41,225 nt of DNA from a virus. Every line of letters starts with the position of its first letter. The first letter of the stretch is position 1. Shown in pieces: positions 32,410 through 40,647 of this stretch. The translations under genes and the position numbers were made by a program. The stretch is from positions 1 through 41,225 of IMG/VR virus record IMGVR_UViG_3300048838_000134. One strand, 5' to 3'. The notes beneath the pieces were generated by a model, which was given only the letters and a program-made list of their open reading frames with translations, was not told the DNA's origin and did no database searches.

Positions 32410-32784
32410 TCATCTCAGGAAGCCGTCAATAAGTTCTTTTGCCTCATCAAAGCCAACGGAAAAGAATGCCTTGGTATGGTCGCATTGGCTAAGCTCCTTT
32501 ATCCATTCCATCTGCTCGGCAATATGTTCAGTGGCAGGTGTAAAATCACGTTTAAGTAGCCGTGTTCCGTCTGCCTTTAATTCCAAAAACATCACCTTAC
32601 CATAAGGGTGCAGTATCATTAGGTCAGGGAAGCCCTTGCTGTGTTGTATGGCCTTCATCATCCCCGCCTGTGCCTTGCTTAGATTGTTCCCGGCATAGTC
32701 AAAGTGATACCACACCTTCGGGTATCTTGCCCGGAGGTAAGCGGCCACCCGCCGGTAAAGTTGGTACTCTTTATTTTGGTTCAT
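32410..32784 (-). CDS. VRR-NUC domain nuclease
   Basis: GFPDLMILHPYGKVMFLELKADG is the PD-(D/E)xK core of VRR-NUC. At 124 aa it has the usual size. Confidence 0.7.
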   Translation of the reverse strand: MNQNKEYQLYRRVAAYLRARYPKVWYHFDYAGNNLSKAQAGMMKAIQHSKGFPDLMILHPYGKVMFLELKADGTRLLKRDFTPATEHIAEQMEWIKELSQCDHTKAFFSVGFDEAKELIDGFLR

Positions 32785-33140
32785 GGCAGCTTCGTTTTAT
32801 AGAACTCAATGAGCTGTTCCATCTTTGCCGTGTAGTAGTCATTGAAAGCCTTGTAGCCTTCTTTATCTACCTCGTACAGCCGATAGAATACCGCCCGGAG
32901 GCGCTGCGACGGAGGCTTCCCGGTGTTGGTAAACTCTACCTTCAGCTTGTCAATTTCCTCCAGCTCTGCCGTAGCGAAGGGATCGGGACTGAAAACTACA
33001 AATCCCGCCTTCTGGAAGCTCCACTGCACATCTGCCATCTGCTGCGGCGACAGCTCCCCGGTGGTGAAGGTTACCTTGAGCCCCCGGTCCGACATGGACC
33101 GGAAGCTGTCAAGGATTGCTGGTATCTGAAACGCCTTCAT
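32781..33140 (-). CDS. Hypothetical protein (119 aa)
   Basis: ORF with 4-nt overlaps on both sides. Confidence 0.45.
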   Translation of the reverse strand: MKAFQIPAILDSFRSMSDRGLKVTFTTGELSPQQMADVQWSFQKAGFVVFSPDPFATAELEEIDKLKVEFTNTGKPPSQRLRAVFYRLYEVDKEGYKAFNDYYTAKMEQLIEFYKTKLP

Positions 33141-33598
33141 TTCAGCGTTACGGCTACGGTTGTCTGACTTGTCTTTGCCGGTGGGTAGATATGCTCCCCG
33201 GTTTCCGGTGACACGGTTCCGCTGGCGGGCACTGCCTGGAGGAACTTCTCACGGGCTTTTTTCGCCTCGGCAATTTCTTTAGATTTTGCGTCAAGGATAG
33301 CCCATTCGCTGTCACCCGTAGCGGCGTAGTCGTACTTAACACCACCCTCACGGATGCTTATCTTACAGCCGCCGTACTCGAAGGACTTGCCGTACTTCTC
33401 TGCCTCGGCAATGACGGCGGCCTTCACGTCAGCGTCGCCACGGAGCTGCTTGACAAGCTCCTCCATAGCCTTCAGTCGTATCTCAATGTCAAGAGGGTTG
33501 TGATCCCCTGAGAGGATCATCCGCTTGGCTTCGTACACCAGGTTGCCTATGCTTACATAGTCAACCGGCAGGTCGTTAATGATTGTGATTGTTTCCAT
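33137..33598 (-). CDS. Hypothetical replication/recombination-module protein (153 aa)
   Basis: Start moved to METITIIND at 33598, 1 nt after the upstream stop. Confidence 0.45.
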   Translation of the reverse strand: METITIINDLPVDYVSIGNLVYEAKRMILSGDHNPLDIEIRLKAMEELVKQLRGDADVKAAVIAEAEKYGKSFEYGGCKISIREGGVKYDYAATGDSEWAILDAKSKEIAEAKKAREKFLQAVPASGTVSPETGEHIYPPAKTSQTTVAVTLK

Positions 33599-33599
33599 G

Positions 33600-33794
33600 T
33601 TATTCAAGGTTTTTAAGTTTCCAAAACTCTTTAGGTTCAACAGGCTTGCCGTCCCTGTATGCTTCGAGTACAAACTGCATAGCGTCAAGACACAACGTCT
33701 TTACCTCCCAGAAGTCGTACTTCCTTGCGTAGTCGGTTCCGGGCTTGAGCAGCGCATCACACAGTGCTTGCAGATTTTCTTTTGTCGCTTCCAT
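33600..33794 (-). CDS. Hypothetical protein (64 aa)
   Basis: Start moved to MEATKENLQ at 33794, 1 nt after the upstream stop. Confidence 0.4.
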   Translation of the reverse strand: MEATKENLQALCDALLKPGTDYARKYDFWEVKTLCLDAMQFVLEAYRDGKPVEPKEFWKLKNLE

Positions 33795-33795
33795 A

Positions 33796-34437
33796 TCAGA
33801 AGAGAGGATCACGTGTTTCAATCTTATCCCACGGCAAGTCACTTACCGCCTCTACCGGTTCCGGGTTGGCAGCGTTCATCTGCTGGTACTCCTCTGAGGA
33901 CTTGATCTTCTCCTTCAGATACTCGCTCAGTCCTTCAAACACTTCCGGCTTCCAGTCGTCATAAGAGAGGACAGTGGACGGGTTGATAGGGTTAGGGCAG
34001 CCAAGGCCTTTAGGTATGGAAGAGATGCTGCTTATCTCCACGTATGTTTTAGTCGGGTCAACCCATCCGGGCTTGTGGATGATGTTGAGCATACAGGGTA
34101 CACCCAGCAGCTTCGTAATGTCAAACTTCGCAGCCTCAAGCTCAGTGAAGCCCTTGCCCCTCCAGCTCTCCAGGTCCTTGCGGAGTGTTGCCTTTTCGTG
34201 CATGGAAAGGGTGTAAGTTTTGCTTACGCTGTACGGTTCCTGCCCTTTCTCCTCATTGAATACCTCCAGTTCTGTCGGCAACTCCCATGTGAGCTGTACC
34301 TTCTTCTGACGTTTAGTCTCTCCGTTGTAATTCTCGGTGACGGTTCCTATTTCAACCATCCTGTAGCACCTGGCTACATAGTTTCCCGGTTCAACTTTCT
34401 TAAAGTTCCCTTCCGGTTTTGTTGCATTGATACTCAT
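33796..34437 (-). CDS. Possible DUF669-type phage ssDNA-binding protein
   Basis: The N-terminus FKKVEPGNYVARCYRMVEIGT resembles the DUF669 opening motif (f..l.pG.Y.a.i). Weak, memory-based call. Confidence 0.3.
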   Translation of the reverse strand: MSINATKPEGNFKKVEPGNYVARCYRMVEIGTVTENYNGETKRQKKVQLTWELPTELEVFNEEKGQEPYSVSKTYTLSMHEKATLRKDLESWRGKGFTELEAAKFDITKLLGVPCMLNIIHKPGWVDPTKTYVEISSISSIPKGLGCPNPINPSTVLSYDDWKPEVFEGLSEYLKEKIKSSEEYQQMNAANPEPVEAVSDLPWDKIETRDPLF

Positions 34438-34447
34438 TGTTCAGTTT

Positions 34448-34699
34448 TTATTTAATGGTTAATACTCCTTTTCCTCCGCAGACGGGGCAGCTCCTCCAGT
34501 CAACCTGACGGAAGCAGCTCTCGCAGCGGTTATAAGCTGTATTTGATGGCAGGGTGCCACAGTTGCATCGGTGTGCCACCGATCCGGTGCCTTCGCAGTT
34601 CGGGCACGTTTTCTCTTCCGGTTCTATCAGCTCCGGTTCGCTCATGTGTTCTCTCCACTCCCGGTCACGGATGACCATGTGATTCTCGACGGCTATCAT
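34448..34699 (-). CDS. DnaJ-type CxxCxGxG zinc-finger protein
   Basis: CPNCEGTG and CPVCGGKG plus two further Cys pairs within 83 aa. Confidence 0.5.
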   Translation of the reverse strand: MIAVENHMVIRDREWREHMSEPELIEPEEKTCPNCEGTGSVAHRCNCGTLPSNTAYNRCESCFRQVDWRSCPVCGGKGVLTIK

Positions 34700-34932
34700 A
34701 GCGTTGCAGTTTCAATCGTTACAATCCTTGTCTCCGGGTCCATCATTTCGCTGTCGCTGATCTCGCTGACCGTGCGGCGCAGAAGCATCTCAGGGTTATC
34801 ACCTGACGTGACGACAGCAAAGAGGTATTCGTTGTCGGAGAGGACTTTTTTTACCGGCCTCCCGAGGCGCATCAGCTCGTACCGGAACCGGTTGTCGCTG
34901 ACGCTGAACGTGCGTTTAACTCTCATTTCCAT
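34696..34932 (-). CDS. Hypothetical protein (78 aa)
   Basis: ORF with ATGA coupling. Confidence 0.4.
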   Translation of the reverse strand: MEMRVKRTFSVSDNRFRYELMRLGRPVKKVLSDNEYLFAVVTSGDNPEMLLRRTVSEISDSEMMDPETRIVTIETATL

Positions 34933-34935
34933 TGC

Positions 34936-35676
34936 CTAGTACCTTAAATTGACCTTGTTATGGGTTCTGAAGTTATATATCTTCTCAATGAGAAGTCTAT
35001 ATTGCTCCGCATTGGCGCAGAGGACAAGGGCGGTGGGCTGTGATTGCAGTCTTTTAATCATAAGTTCATGATTAAATTTGGGGTTCTTAAAAAGTCCTAT
35101 CATTACTCCTACGAAAACAACCCTATTGAATCCGGAAAAGAATTTTTTATAGTCCATAATTTTTGAGGCTATTTCATAGGCATACGGAAGGTCGTTTACT
35201 TTTAATTCCCCCTTTTCAAACTTCTTTACTTTGCCAATTGCCTTGCCTTTATGAAATATTTCTTGGCTATTATTTACGCCACCGACGGTATTAGTAAAAA
35301 TAGCTTCCGCAGCTGCGATTCCAAAGTCGGGATAGGTCTGCATAAATTCTCTTAACTGAAGATATGGGAGCAGACCCATGTCACAATAGGAGTTAAGAAA
35401 CTCCATTTTACCCCAATTTTTAACATTTTGATTCAGAGCCTGGGCCTCTTCTAGTCCAAAGCCCTTCCTTACTTCGTATTCAACCGGCAGAGATAATCGC
35501 TTAGCGGCCTCAAGTCTATGCTGTCCGTCAATGACCTCAAAGTGTTCATTAACTAAGATTCTTGCCATGAGATAATCCCTCTTAAAGGATTCCATTAATC
35601 TTCTAACATGAACCTCACTTATTGGGCGATTCCCTTTAAGTGGCTTGAATAATTCGTAATTGATCGTTGTTTCCAT
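34936..35676 (-). CDS. ParB/Srx-fold N-terminal domain protein (DGQHR motif)
   Basis: PISEVHVRRLMESFKRD...FEVIDGQHRLEAAKRL is the ParB-like nuclease / DndB-like DGQHR signature. Confidence 0.65.
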   Translation of the reverse strand: METTINYELFKPLKGNRPISEVHVRRLMESFKRDYLMARILVNEHFEVIDGQHRLEAAKRLSLPVEYEVRKGFGLEEAQALNQNVKNWGKMEFLNSYCDMGLLPYLQLREFMQTYPDFGIAAAEAIFTNTVGGVNNSQEIFHKGKAIGKVKKFEKGELKVNDLPYAYEIASKIMDYKKFFSGFNRVVFVGVMIGLFKNPKFNHELMIKRLQSQPTALVLCANAEQYRLLIEKIYNFRTHNKVNLRY

Positions 35677-35723
35677 TGTTGCAGTTTTTATTTGTTAGTT
35701 TTTAACCGGCAGTAGCGAGAGGC

Positions 35724-35828
35724 TTAGCCAATCACATACCGCAGTGTCTGAATCAGAAAGTACGCTGATCCGCCGCCAATGATGACGCTGAAGATTAGTA
35801 ATTCCCAGTCGATTTTGAGCTTCTTCAT
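35724..35828 (-). CDS. Small single-TM protein (34 aa)
   Basis: Hand-translated as MKKLKIDWELLIFSVIIGGGSAYFLIQTLRYVIG. ATGA overlap with the upstream gene stop. Confidence 0.35.
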   Translation of the reverse strand: MKKLKIDWELLIFSVIIGGGSAYFLIQTLRYVIG

Positions 35829-36037
35829 GATTCCAGAGTGTTAAGAAATTCGCCCGCAGCCTCGCCGCCTATCCTGTGAATATCGACAAGGGTGAGATAC
35901 TTCCTCCCTGTCTTTTTTCTGTAGGCTTTTGCCGTGTCATAGAAGGCCGTGGCAATGTTCGCCTCCATGTCGTTCTTGAATCCAGGGTCATCTTTTAATG
36001 CCTGCCCAAGTGTTGTTACTACATCTTTTGTTGTCAT
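35825..36037 (-). CDS. Hypothetical protein (70 aa)
   Basis: ORF preceded by a 105-bp AT-rich intergenic region. Confidence 0.45.
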   Translation of the reverse strand: MTTKDVVTTLGQALKDDPGFKNDMEANIATAFYDTAKAYRKKTGRKYLTLVDIHRIGGEAAGEFLNTLES

Positions 36038-36142
36038 GTTCTGCTGTTTTTGTTATTGCAAATATTGTAAATATTATAATACAACGCAAATATTTTGATG
36101 CTTATTTTATGCCATGCTGTTATTTAGACGGCATATAAATAA

Positions 36143-37129
36143 TCAAAACATACTTTTTTGTTCGACCTTCGTAAACCTTTTTTCAGCCTGCCTTAAATTC
36201 AATATAGCCTGCTTAAAATAGCTATCCTTTAATTCAATACCTATCGCCTTACGTTCCATTGAAACGGGGCCATAAACCTCAGATCCGACACCCATGAACG
36301 GGGTGAGTACTGTTTCATTGTAATTGGAATATAAATACACCAATCGGTCAATAACATCTAATTGCAGGGGATGTACGTGCTTTTCGTCGTCGTCCTCTTT
36401 GCTGTCTTTGAAGGGTAGCACATTATCAATCCTAATGTCATCCCATACAGAAGAGGCATATCTCTGCCACGTCAAGTGAGATAACTTATTTTCCCTGGGG
36501 TCGCCCGTAAAACCAATCCATTTACGCCTGAAGTCAGCATAATTGCCATAGGTTTCTTTGTGTGCCTCCAAAAATGGAACGTCGCCAAAGTATTCATAAT
36601 CATTCAGCCCGTTAGGGTGAACTACCGGAACTTGGTTCTCTCCACGCTTTTTGAAGATAAGAATATAATCAGGCATGGCCGTGAAACATTTTGTTGCATC
36701 CTCAACAATGAACTTATGCATCAGCGATTGTACCATTGTCCTCATGCGAACCTTTAACGGCTCTTTCCAAATCGTTATCCGGTTGTGATATTCAAATCCA
36801 TGCTTTTCGTGTATGCGTATCACTTCTCCGGGAAAATCCCAAAGCCTTCCGGTATTGTCGTGAATATCCTCGCAATGAACTGCGTTTATTCGTCCCGGTT
36901 TTGTTATCCGTGCAAGTTCTGAAATAAGGAACTCGTATTGCTCGACAAACTGATCCCGGCTGTCACAGTTTGAAAAATCTCTGTGATCAGAACTGTAATT
37001 GTATAACCCCGCAAACGGCGGAGAATATAGAATTAAATCGACTGAGTTTTCGGGTAGTGTCGGAATGACCTCCATGCAGTCTCCGCAATAGATTGCGTAA
37101 TTGTCTGTTATTACTTGATCTTTGACCAT
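36143..37129 (-). CDS. DNA methyltransferase, N4-cytosine/N6-adenine family (beta class)
   Basis: Motif IV LILYSPPFAGLY (SPPF, which favours N4-C type) precedes motif I TVLTPFMGVGSEV (FxGxG). This is the N6_N4_Mtase architecture. Confidence 0.8.
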   Translation of the reverse strand: MVKDQVITDNYAIYCGDCMEVIPTLPENSVDLILYSPPFAGLYNYSSDHRDFSNCDSRDQFVEQYEFLISELARITKPGRINAVHCEDIHDNTGRLWDFPGEVIRIHEKHGFEYHNRITIWKEPLKVRMRTMVQSLMHKFIVEDATKCFTAMPDYILIFKKRGENQVPVVHPNGLNDYEYFGDVPFLEAHKETYGNYADFRRKWIGFTGDPRENKLSHLTWQRYASSVWDDIRIDNVLPFKDSKEDDDEKHVHPLQLDVIDRLVYLYSNYNETVLTPFMGVGSEVYGPVSMERKAIGIELKDSYFKQAILNLRQAEKRFTKVEQKSMF

Positions 37130-37130
37130 G

Positions 37131-38513
37131 TTAGATGAATTTTGGTAAGGTTATAGTTTTATTAAAGTCTCTTGTCTGTATCTTAAAATCCCTGTTTGTC
37201 TGCTGTGTCAGCTTCTCAAACATCTTTATAGCCTTGTCTTTTTTGTGTAATAGGCTCTGCATAATTCTTTCCTGCCCGTCTGAAAGTACGAGGTCAACTG
37301 TCACCGGCTTAGTCTGACCGAATCGCCAGAAACGACGGATAGCCTGATAGTATTGTTCATAGCTGTATGTCGGGAAATAGGTCGTATGATTACAGTGCTG
37401 CCAGTTCAGACCAAAGGCCGTGATGCTTGTCTTTGTCACCAGCTTATTTATCTGACCAGATGAAAAGCCCAAAAGTATATCCTCTTTTTTGTCAATATCC
37501 ATATTGCCCCGAACCTCTACAGCAGTGGGATCCAATCTCATTAACTCGTCGGCCTCATCATTTAAGTTGCACCAGTAAACAGAAATATCATGTACAGCAG
37601 CTTTTTCAACTGCCATCTCACAGCGTTGTTTGATAGTTGCTTTTGCCTCCTGTTTGATTTCATGGAACCCAACGGCAGGCATAGCAAACAACTTAGTCTG
37701 TCCGTCAATCGTTAGCGGGTTCTCATTTCTAAGTATTGTTTCAACCTCATGCAACTCAGGTAAAATAAACCTATCGTCGGCAAATCCTATGTCTGACGGT
37801 TTCTTTGCGGAAATAGACCACGAAGCAACCCACTGCCAAAAGTCGTTCTCCGCATGGGGCTTTAAGTAAAACGACTCACCCTGCCGTGCTTTTGATATTT
37901 GACTTATTTTTGCGACGTTGTTCTGATTGTTCTTAAAAAACTTGCCGAGCATATCCATATATCCCATATAACCCAAAGCCTCGGAGCTTGTGCCTAATTC
38001 AATGTAATCGTTAGGTGATGGGGTTGCGGTAAATAGATATCTGTAATTTACTTTTTTCAGAAAAGCGTTAATCTGGTTTTTAATTGCACCGTCAAAGTTT
38101 TTAAGTATTGAACTTTCATCCAGGATTACACAATCAAAATCAGATGAATTAAGATAGTGCAGACGTTCGTAATTTATCAGCACAATTTTCTTTTTAAACT
38201 TGCCATCCCTCGTATGTTCAACATCTTCTATGCCGAACTTATTGGCCTCTAAAAGATGTTGGTTAGCAACGGCCAGCGGCGTAATTATCAGAACGGGTTT
38301 ATTTGTAGCCTGAACATAATTTGAGGCGACAACTAATTCAATTATAGTCTTGCCTAATCCCGTGTCAAGAAACACCGCACCCCGGCCTTTTCTTATAGCA
38401 TAGTCGGCAACGTGCTTCTGAAAGTCAAACATACTATCAGGCATGAACTTTGGAACTATCCCAAAATCCATTGAGCTATGTTGCTTACGTATTAAAAAAT
38501 CTTCATAGGTCAT
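37131..38513 (-). CDS. SNF2/DEAD-like superfamily-2 helicase
   Basis: Motif I LDTGLGKT, motif II VILDESS, motif III FTATPSPN, and C-terminal helicase-domain motifs (FGLNWQ, QAIRRFWRFGQ). Confidence 0.8.
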   Translation of the reverse strand: MTYEDFLIRKQHSSMDFGIVPKFMPDSMFDFQKHVADYAIRKGRGAVFLDTGLGKTIIELVVASNYVQATNKPVLIITPLAVANQHLLEANKFGIEDVEHTRDGKFKKKIVLINYERLHYLNSSDFDCVILDESSILKNFDGAIKNQINAFLKKVNYRYLFTATPSPNDYIELGTSSEALGYMGYMDMLGKFFKNNQNNVAKISQISKARQGESFYLKPHAENDFWQWVASWSISAKKPSDIGFADDRFILPELHEVETILRNENPLTIDGQTKLFAMPAVGFHEIKQEAKATIKQRCEMAVEKAAVHDISVYWCNLNDEADELMRLDPTAVEVRGNMDIDKKEDILLGFSSGQINKLVTKTSITAFGLNWQHCNHTTYFPTYSYEQYYQAIRRFWRFGQTKPVTVDLVLSDGQERIMQSLLHKKDKAIKMFEKLTQQTNRDFKIQTRDFNKTITLPKFI

Positions 38514-38524
38514 AAATGTCAGTT

Positions 38525-39016
38525 TTATATTGCGATTAATAATTCATTCGGGAAATTTACATAGGCAAATTCGCCAAACAATTCACAGGCTTTTTTATCG
38601 TAAGCCCTTGCCGCCTCGACAGGAGTGGCAAACGTCCCGGCGTAATGTCGTTTTTGATTGAGTTTAGCGACGGCCAAATAAACAATGCCTGACTTGGTTT
38701 TTCGTGCGAACACTCCCTTATACTGAGATGTGGGATATTTGATTCTGTTGTACTGGTTCTGTTTATGTGAGCACATCCTGAGGTTATGCCGCCGATTATC
38801 CAGCCCGTTGTGATTGATATGATCAATGGAGCAATCCGGCATACCCATGATTACACGGTGCATTCCAACTGACCGGCGTATGCCATTTACATAAAGATTG
38901 GTTCTAGCATAGGTTGTGTGCGGCGCCCTTACTGTAAACCATTTATACTTACTAATAATGGGATAGTCCGCATCATCAATAATTGCCTCTAATCCCTGAG
39001 TTATCTTTATTTTCAT
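38525..39016 (-). CDS. Free-standing HNH homing endonuclease with AP2 DNA-binding domain (copy B)
   Basis: HRVIMG...IDHINHNGLDNRRHNLRMCSHKQNQYN is the HNH motif. YKGVFARKTKSGIVYLAV...KRHYAGTFATPVEAARAYDKKACELFG is the AP2 motif. Paralogous to 26483..27118. Confidence 0.8.
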   Translation of the reverse strand: MKIKITQGLEAIIDDADYPIISKYKWFTVRAPHTTYARTNLYVNGIRRSVGMHRVIMGMPDCSIDHINHNGLDNRRHNLRMCSHKQNQYNRIKYPTSQYKGVFARKTKSGIVYLAVAKLNQKRHYAGTFATPVEAARAYDKKACELFGEFAYVNFPNELLIAI

Positions 39017-39041
39017 ACTGCGTTATTGTTTTATTACAACG

Positions 39042-39049
39042 CAAACATA
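39042..39049 (-). promoter_or_regulatory. -7 box TATGTTTG upstream of HNH-AP2 copy B
   Basis: Fits TAnnTTTG on the minus strand, 25 nt upstream of the ATG at 39016. No clear -33 element. Confidence 0.35.
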
Positions 39050-39182
39050 ATACAATTATTGTAATAATTATAATGAATCTGTAATTTAGAAACAGTCTAA
39101 ATAGTAGTCAGAGATTGTACACGATGTATGATACGCTATGTGTGATTGTTACGGGTGTGCTTGGATATTTTCGTACAACAAT

Positions 39183-39224
39183 AGTAAAACATCAACAAGA
39201 AACCCCGTGCAAATCGGGGTCTCT
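39183..39224 (-). terminator. Intrinsic-terminator-like hairpin 2 of the leader (AGAGACCCCG-7 nt loop-CGGGGUUUCU, then U-rich tail)
   Basis: 10-bp stem (one G-U pair on the minus-strand RNA) at 39198..39224, followed by UGUUGAUGUUUU. Confidence 0.5.
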
Positions 39225-39329
39225 TTAGCGCAAAAATGGAACGTGAGGGAATGTTGTAAAAATGGTGTTTACCTTCAGGGGTAAAGGTACAATAATTCCC
39301 GAAAATTATGCACAAAAATCGTGAAAAAT

Positions 39330-39373
39330 TATATAATAAAAGAACCCCGATGTTGTATAGGGTCACCGGGGTC
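39330..39373 (-). terminator. Intrinsic-terminator-like hairpin 1 of the leader (GACCCCG...CGGGGUUC, then UUUUAUUAU)
   Basis: GC-rich 7-bp stem with one bulge at 39342..39373, followed by a U-run on the minus-strand RNA. The stem sequence is related to that of hairpin 2. Confidence 0.45.
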
Positions 39374-39456
39374 TACGGAACAAAGAGTCATGTGATGATT
39401 CGCAATGGTAAGTTAGCAATACATAGGCAAATGTTTTTAATTGTTAGCTCAATAAG
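39330..39456 (-). ncRNA. Candidate small RNA / transcribed leader bounded by a promoter and terminator hairpin 1
   Basis: It lies between the canonical promoter at 39463..39494 and the first terminator. No credible ORF is present. The GCUAAC motif occurs twice. Confidence 0.3.
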
Positions 39457-39462
39457 CAGTAA

Positions 39463-39494
39463 CAAATATACAACGCTGCTTTCATATTTGCAAA
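39463..39494 (-). promoter_or_regulatory. Canonical Bacteroides-type promoter (-33 TTTG, 20-nt spacer, -7 TATATTTG)
   Basis: On the minus strand, TTTG lies at 39491..39494 and TATATTTG at 39463..39470. Both the motifs and the spacing fit the consensus exactly. Confidence 0.55.
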
Positions 39495-39511
39495 TTATTC
39501 TTTCAAACAAA

Positions 39512-39554
39512 GGGACGGTACCGGAAAAAACTGCCAAAAACCGGTAACCGTCCC
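39512..39554 (-). terminator. Intrinsic terminator downstream of the metallophosphoesterase gene
   Basis: Minus-strand RNA reads GGGACGGUUACCGG-16 nt loop-CCGGUACCGUCCC (13-bp stem with one bulge), followed by UUUGUUUG. It begins 28 nt after the stop at 39583. Confidence 0.6.
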
Positions 39555-39582
39555 TGTCCCGTGAGGGATGACGAATGATTGA

Positions 39583-40635
39583 CTATAACGTGAAATTCGT
39601 TCTGTTAAATTCTCCGTGCTTCGGATTGACAAGCCACGCCGACTGCCCCGGCTTCGAGTACCTTCCGGCCTGATGGTCGTAAGCATCGGTACCGGAGAGG
39701 GAGGCGCCGCAGGAATACAGTGGCGAATCAAACGGCGTATGGAAGTGACCGAACACGTACTTATGAAATCCTATCTCTCTCGCCCGTTCAATCTCCTGCA
39801 TAATGATCTGCAGGCGTGCCTGCGCCTCCTTGCCTACTTTGCGCTCAATCCCGTACCAGGGGACACCCATCCAGCCCTTGACGTTGTGGCCGTGAGAAAT
39901 GAGATACAGCCTGCCGTTCACCTCGACAACCTTTTCAAGCATCGGGTAGATGTTCATCTCTACATTGGAGAGTGAGGCGATGTACGCCTGCAGCATGGAG
40001 CCTACGAGATAGTTTAATGAGTTTTGCCCTGCCTCCTTTGCCTGCGGTTTCTTCGTCAGGCGGGAGTGATTGTCCTCGGTGATGAAATGAACCTTCACTT
40101 TATTGAAGTGAGGGGCAAAGATTTGTATCTGCTGAGCAATGTCTTTTGCTGTTTCAACAACCTGTACGGGAGAGGGGTAGGCGTTGGTTATCCGCAGCTC
40201 GTCATGTATGTCCCCGGAGATAAGGTCACCGGTGAGTAATACCGTTGCCTCCTCAATCCTGTATGCCTGTTTCATGAAGTTTGCCCACTTGACAGCTTTC
40301 TCCGCAAAGGCAATGGAACGTTCATGCGAGATGTCAGGGTTGAACGCATTGAACCCCTCGATCTCGTTCGGCTCCTGCACAGCCCCTTTGTGGGTGTCGG
40401 TGATATGGAACACCGGCTCAATCAAAACGCCACTCCTGACGGCCTCCTTTTGCGTCACAGGCTCATATTCCTTCACGGGTGTTATTGCCTCCCGCACTTC
40501 TTCAAAGAATACCTCGAGCTTGCCGTGTTCACGGCGGTAGCCCTGGAGGATGGTACGCAGTTCTGTTATCTGCCTGCGCAGCTCAACAGATTTCTCGCTG
40601 TGTTCAGCTTTTAATTGCTCCTCGGTGATTGACAT
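39583..40635 (-). CDS. Calcineurin-like metallophosphoesterase with N-terminal coiled-coil
   Basis: Motifs HITDTHKG (DxH), LLTGDLISGD (GDxxD), ITEDNH (GNH-like), ISHGHN and VFGHFHTP (GHxH). Confidence 0.75.
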   Translation of the reverse strand: MSITEEQLKAEHSEKSVELRRQITELRTILQGYRREHGKLEVFFEEVREAITPVKEYEPVTQKEAVRSGVLIEPVFHITDTHKGAVQEPNEIEGFNAFNPDISHERSIAFAEKAVKWANFMKQAYRIEEATVLLTGDLISGDIHDELRITNAYPSPVQVVETAKDIAQQIQIFAPHFNKVKVHFITEDNHSRLTKKPQAKEAGQNSLNYLVGSMLQAYIASLSNVEMNIYPMLEKVVEVNGRLYLISHGHNVKGWMGVPWYGIERKVGKEAQARLQIIMQEIERAREIGFHKYVFGHFHTPFDSPLYSCGASLSGTDAYDHQAGRYSKPGQSAWLVNPKHGEFNRTNFTL

Positions 40636-40647
40636 AGCAGTTAACTT

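Noticed and set aside
36038-36142. Shared motif TTTGCGTTGTA(W)TA on the minus strand upstream of 35825..36037 and of 38525..39016, as a phage-specific operator
   Set aside because: Only two clear copies exist (plus ACAACGCA fragments at ~103..110 and ~39469). The match is about 11 nt within AT-rich DNA and partly coincides with the generic -7 TTTG element. This is too little evidence to call a regulatory motif.
39136-39547. ORF-track ORFs 39136..39366 (-) and 39308..39547 (+)
   Set aside because: Their compositions are low-complexity or odd (Phe/Tyr/Cys/Asn-rich, no motifs). They overlap the predicted promoter and terminator elements and each other, and neither is coupled to neighbouring genes. 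They are more likely chance ORFs in AT-rich non-coding DNA.
39017-39582. A tRNA, possibly a CUA-anticodon suppressor, or a CRISPR-like repeat in the large non-coding region
   Set aside because: I looked on both strands for cloverleaf geometry, GTTCRANNC T-loops and CTA anticodon loops. The only TTCTAAA loop candidate (~39083..39096, minus strand) lacks a 5-bp anticodon stem and acceptor pairing. The two related hairpins each occur once and are followed by U-runs, so they behave as terminators, not as repeat-spacer units.
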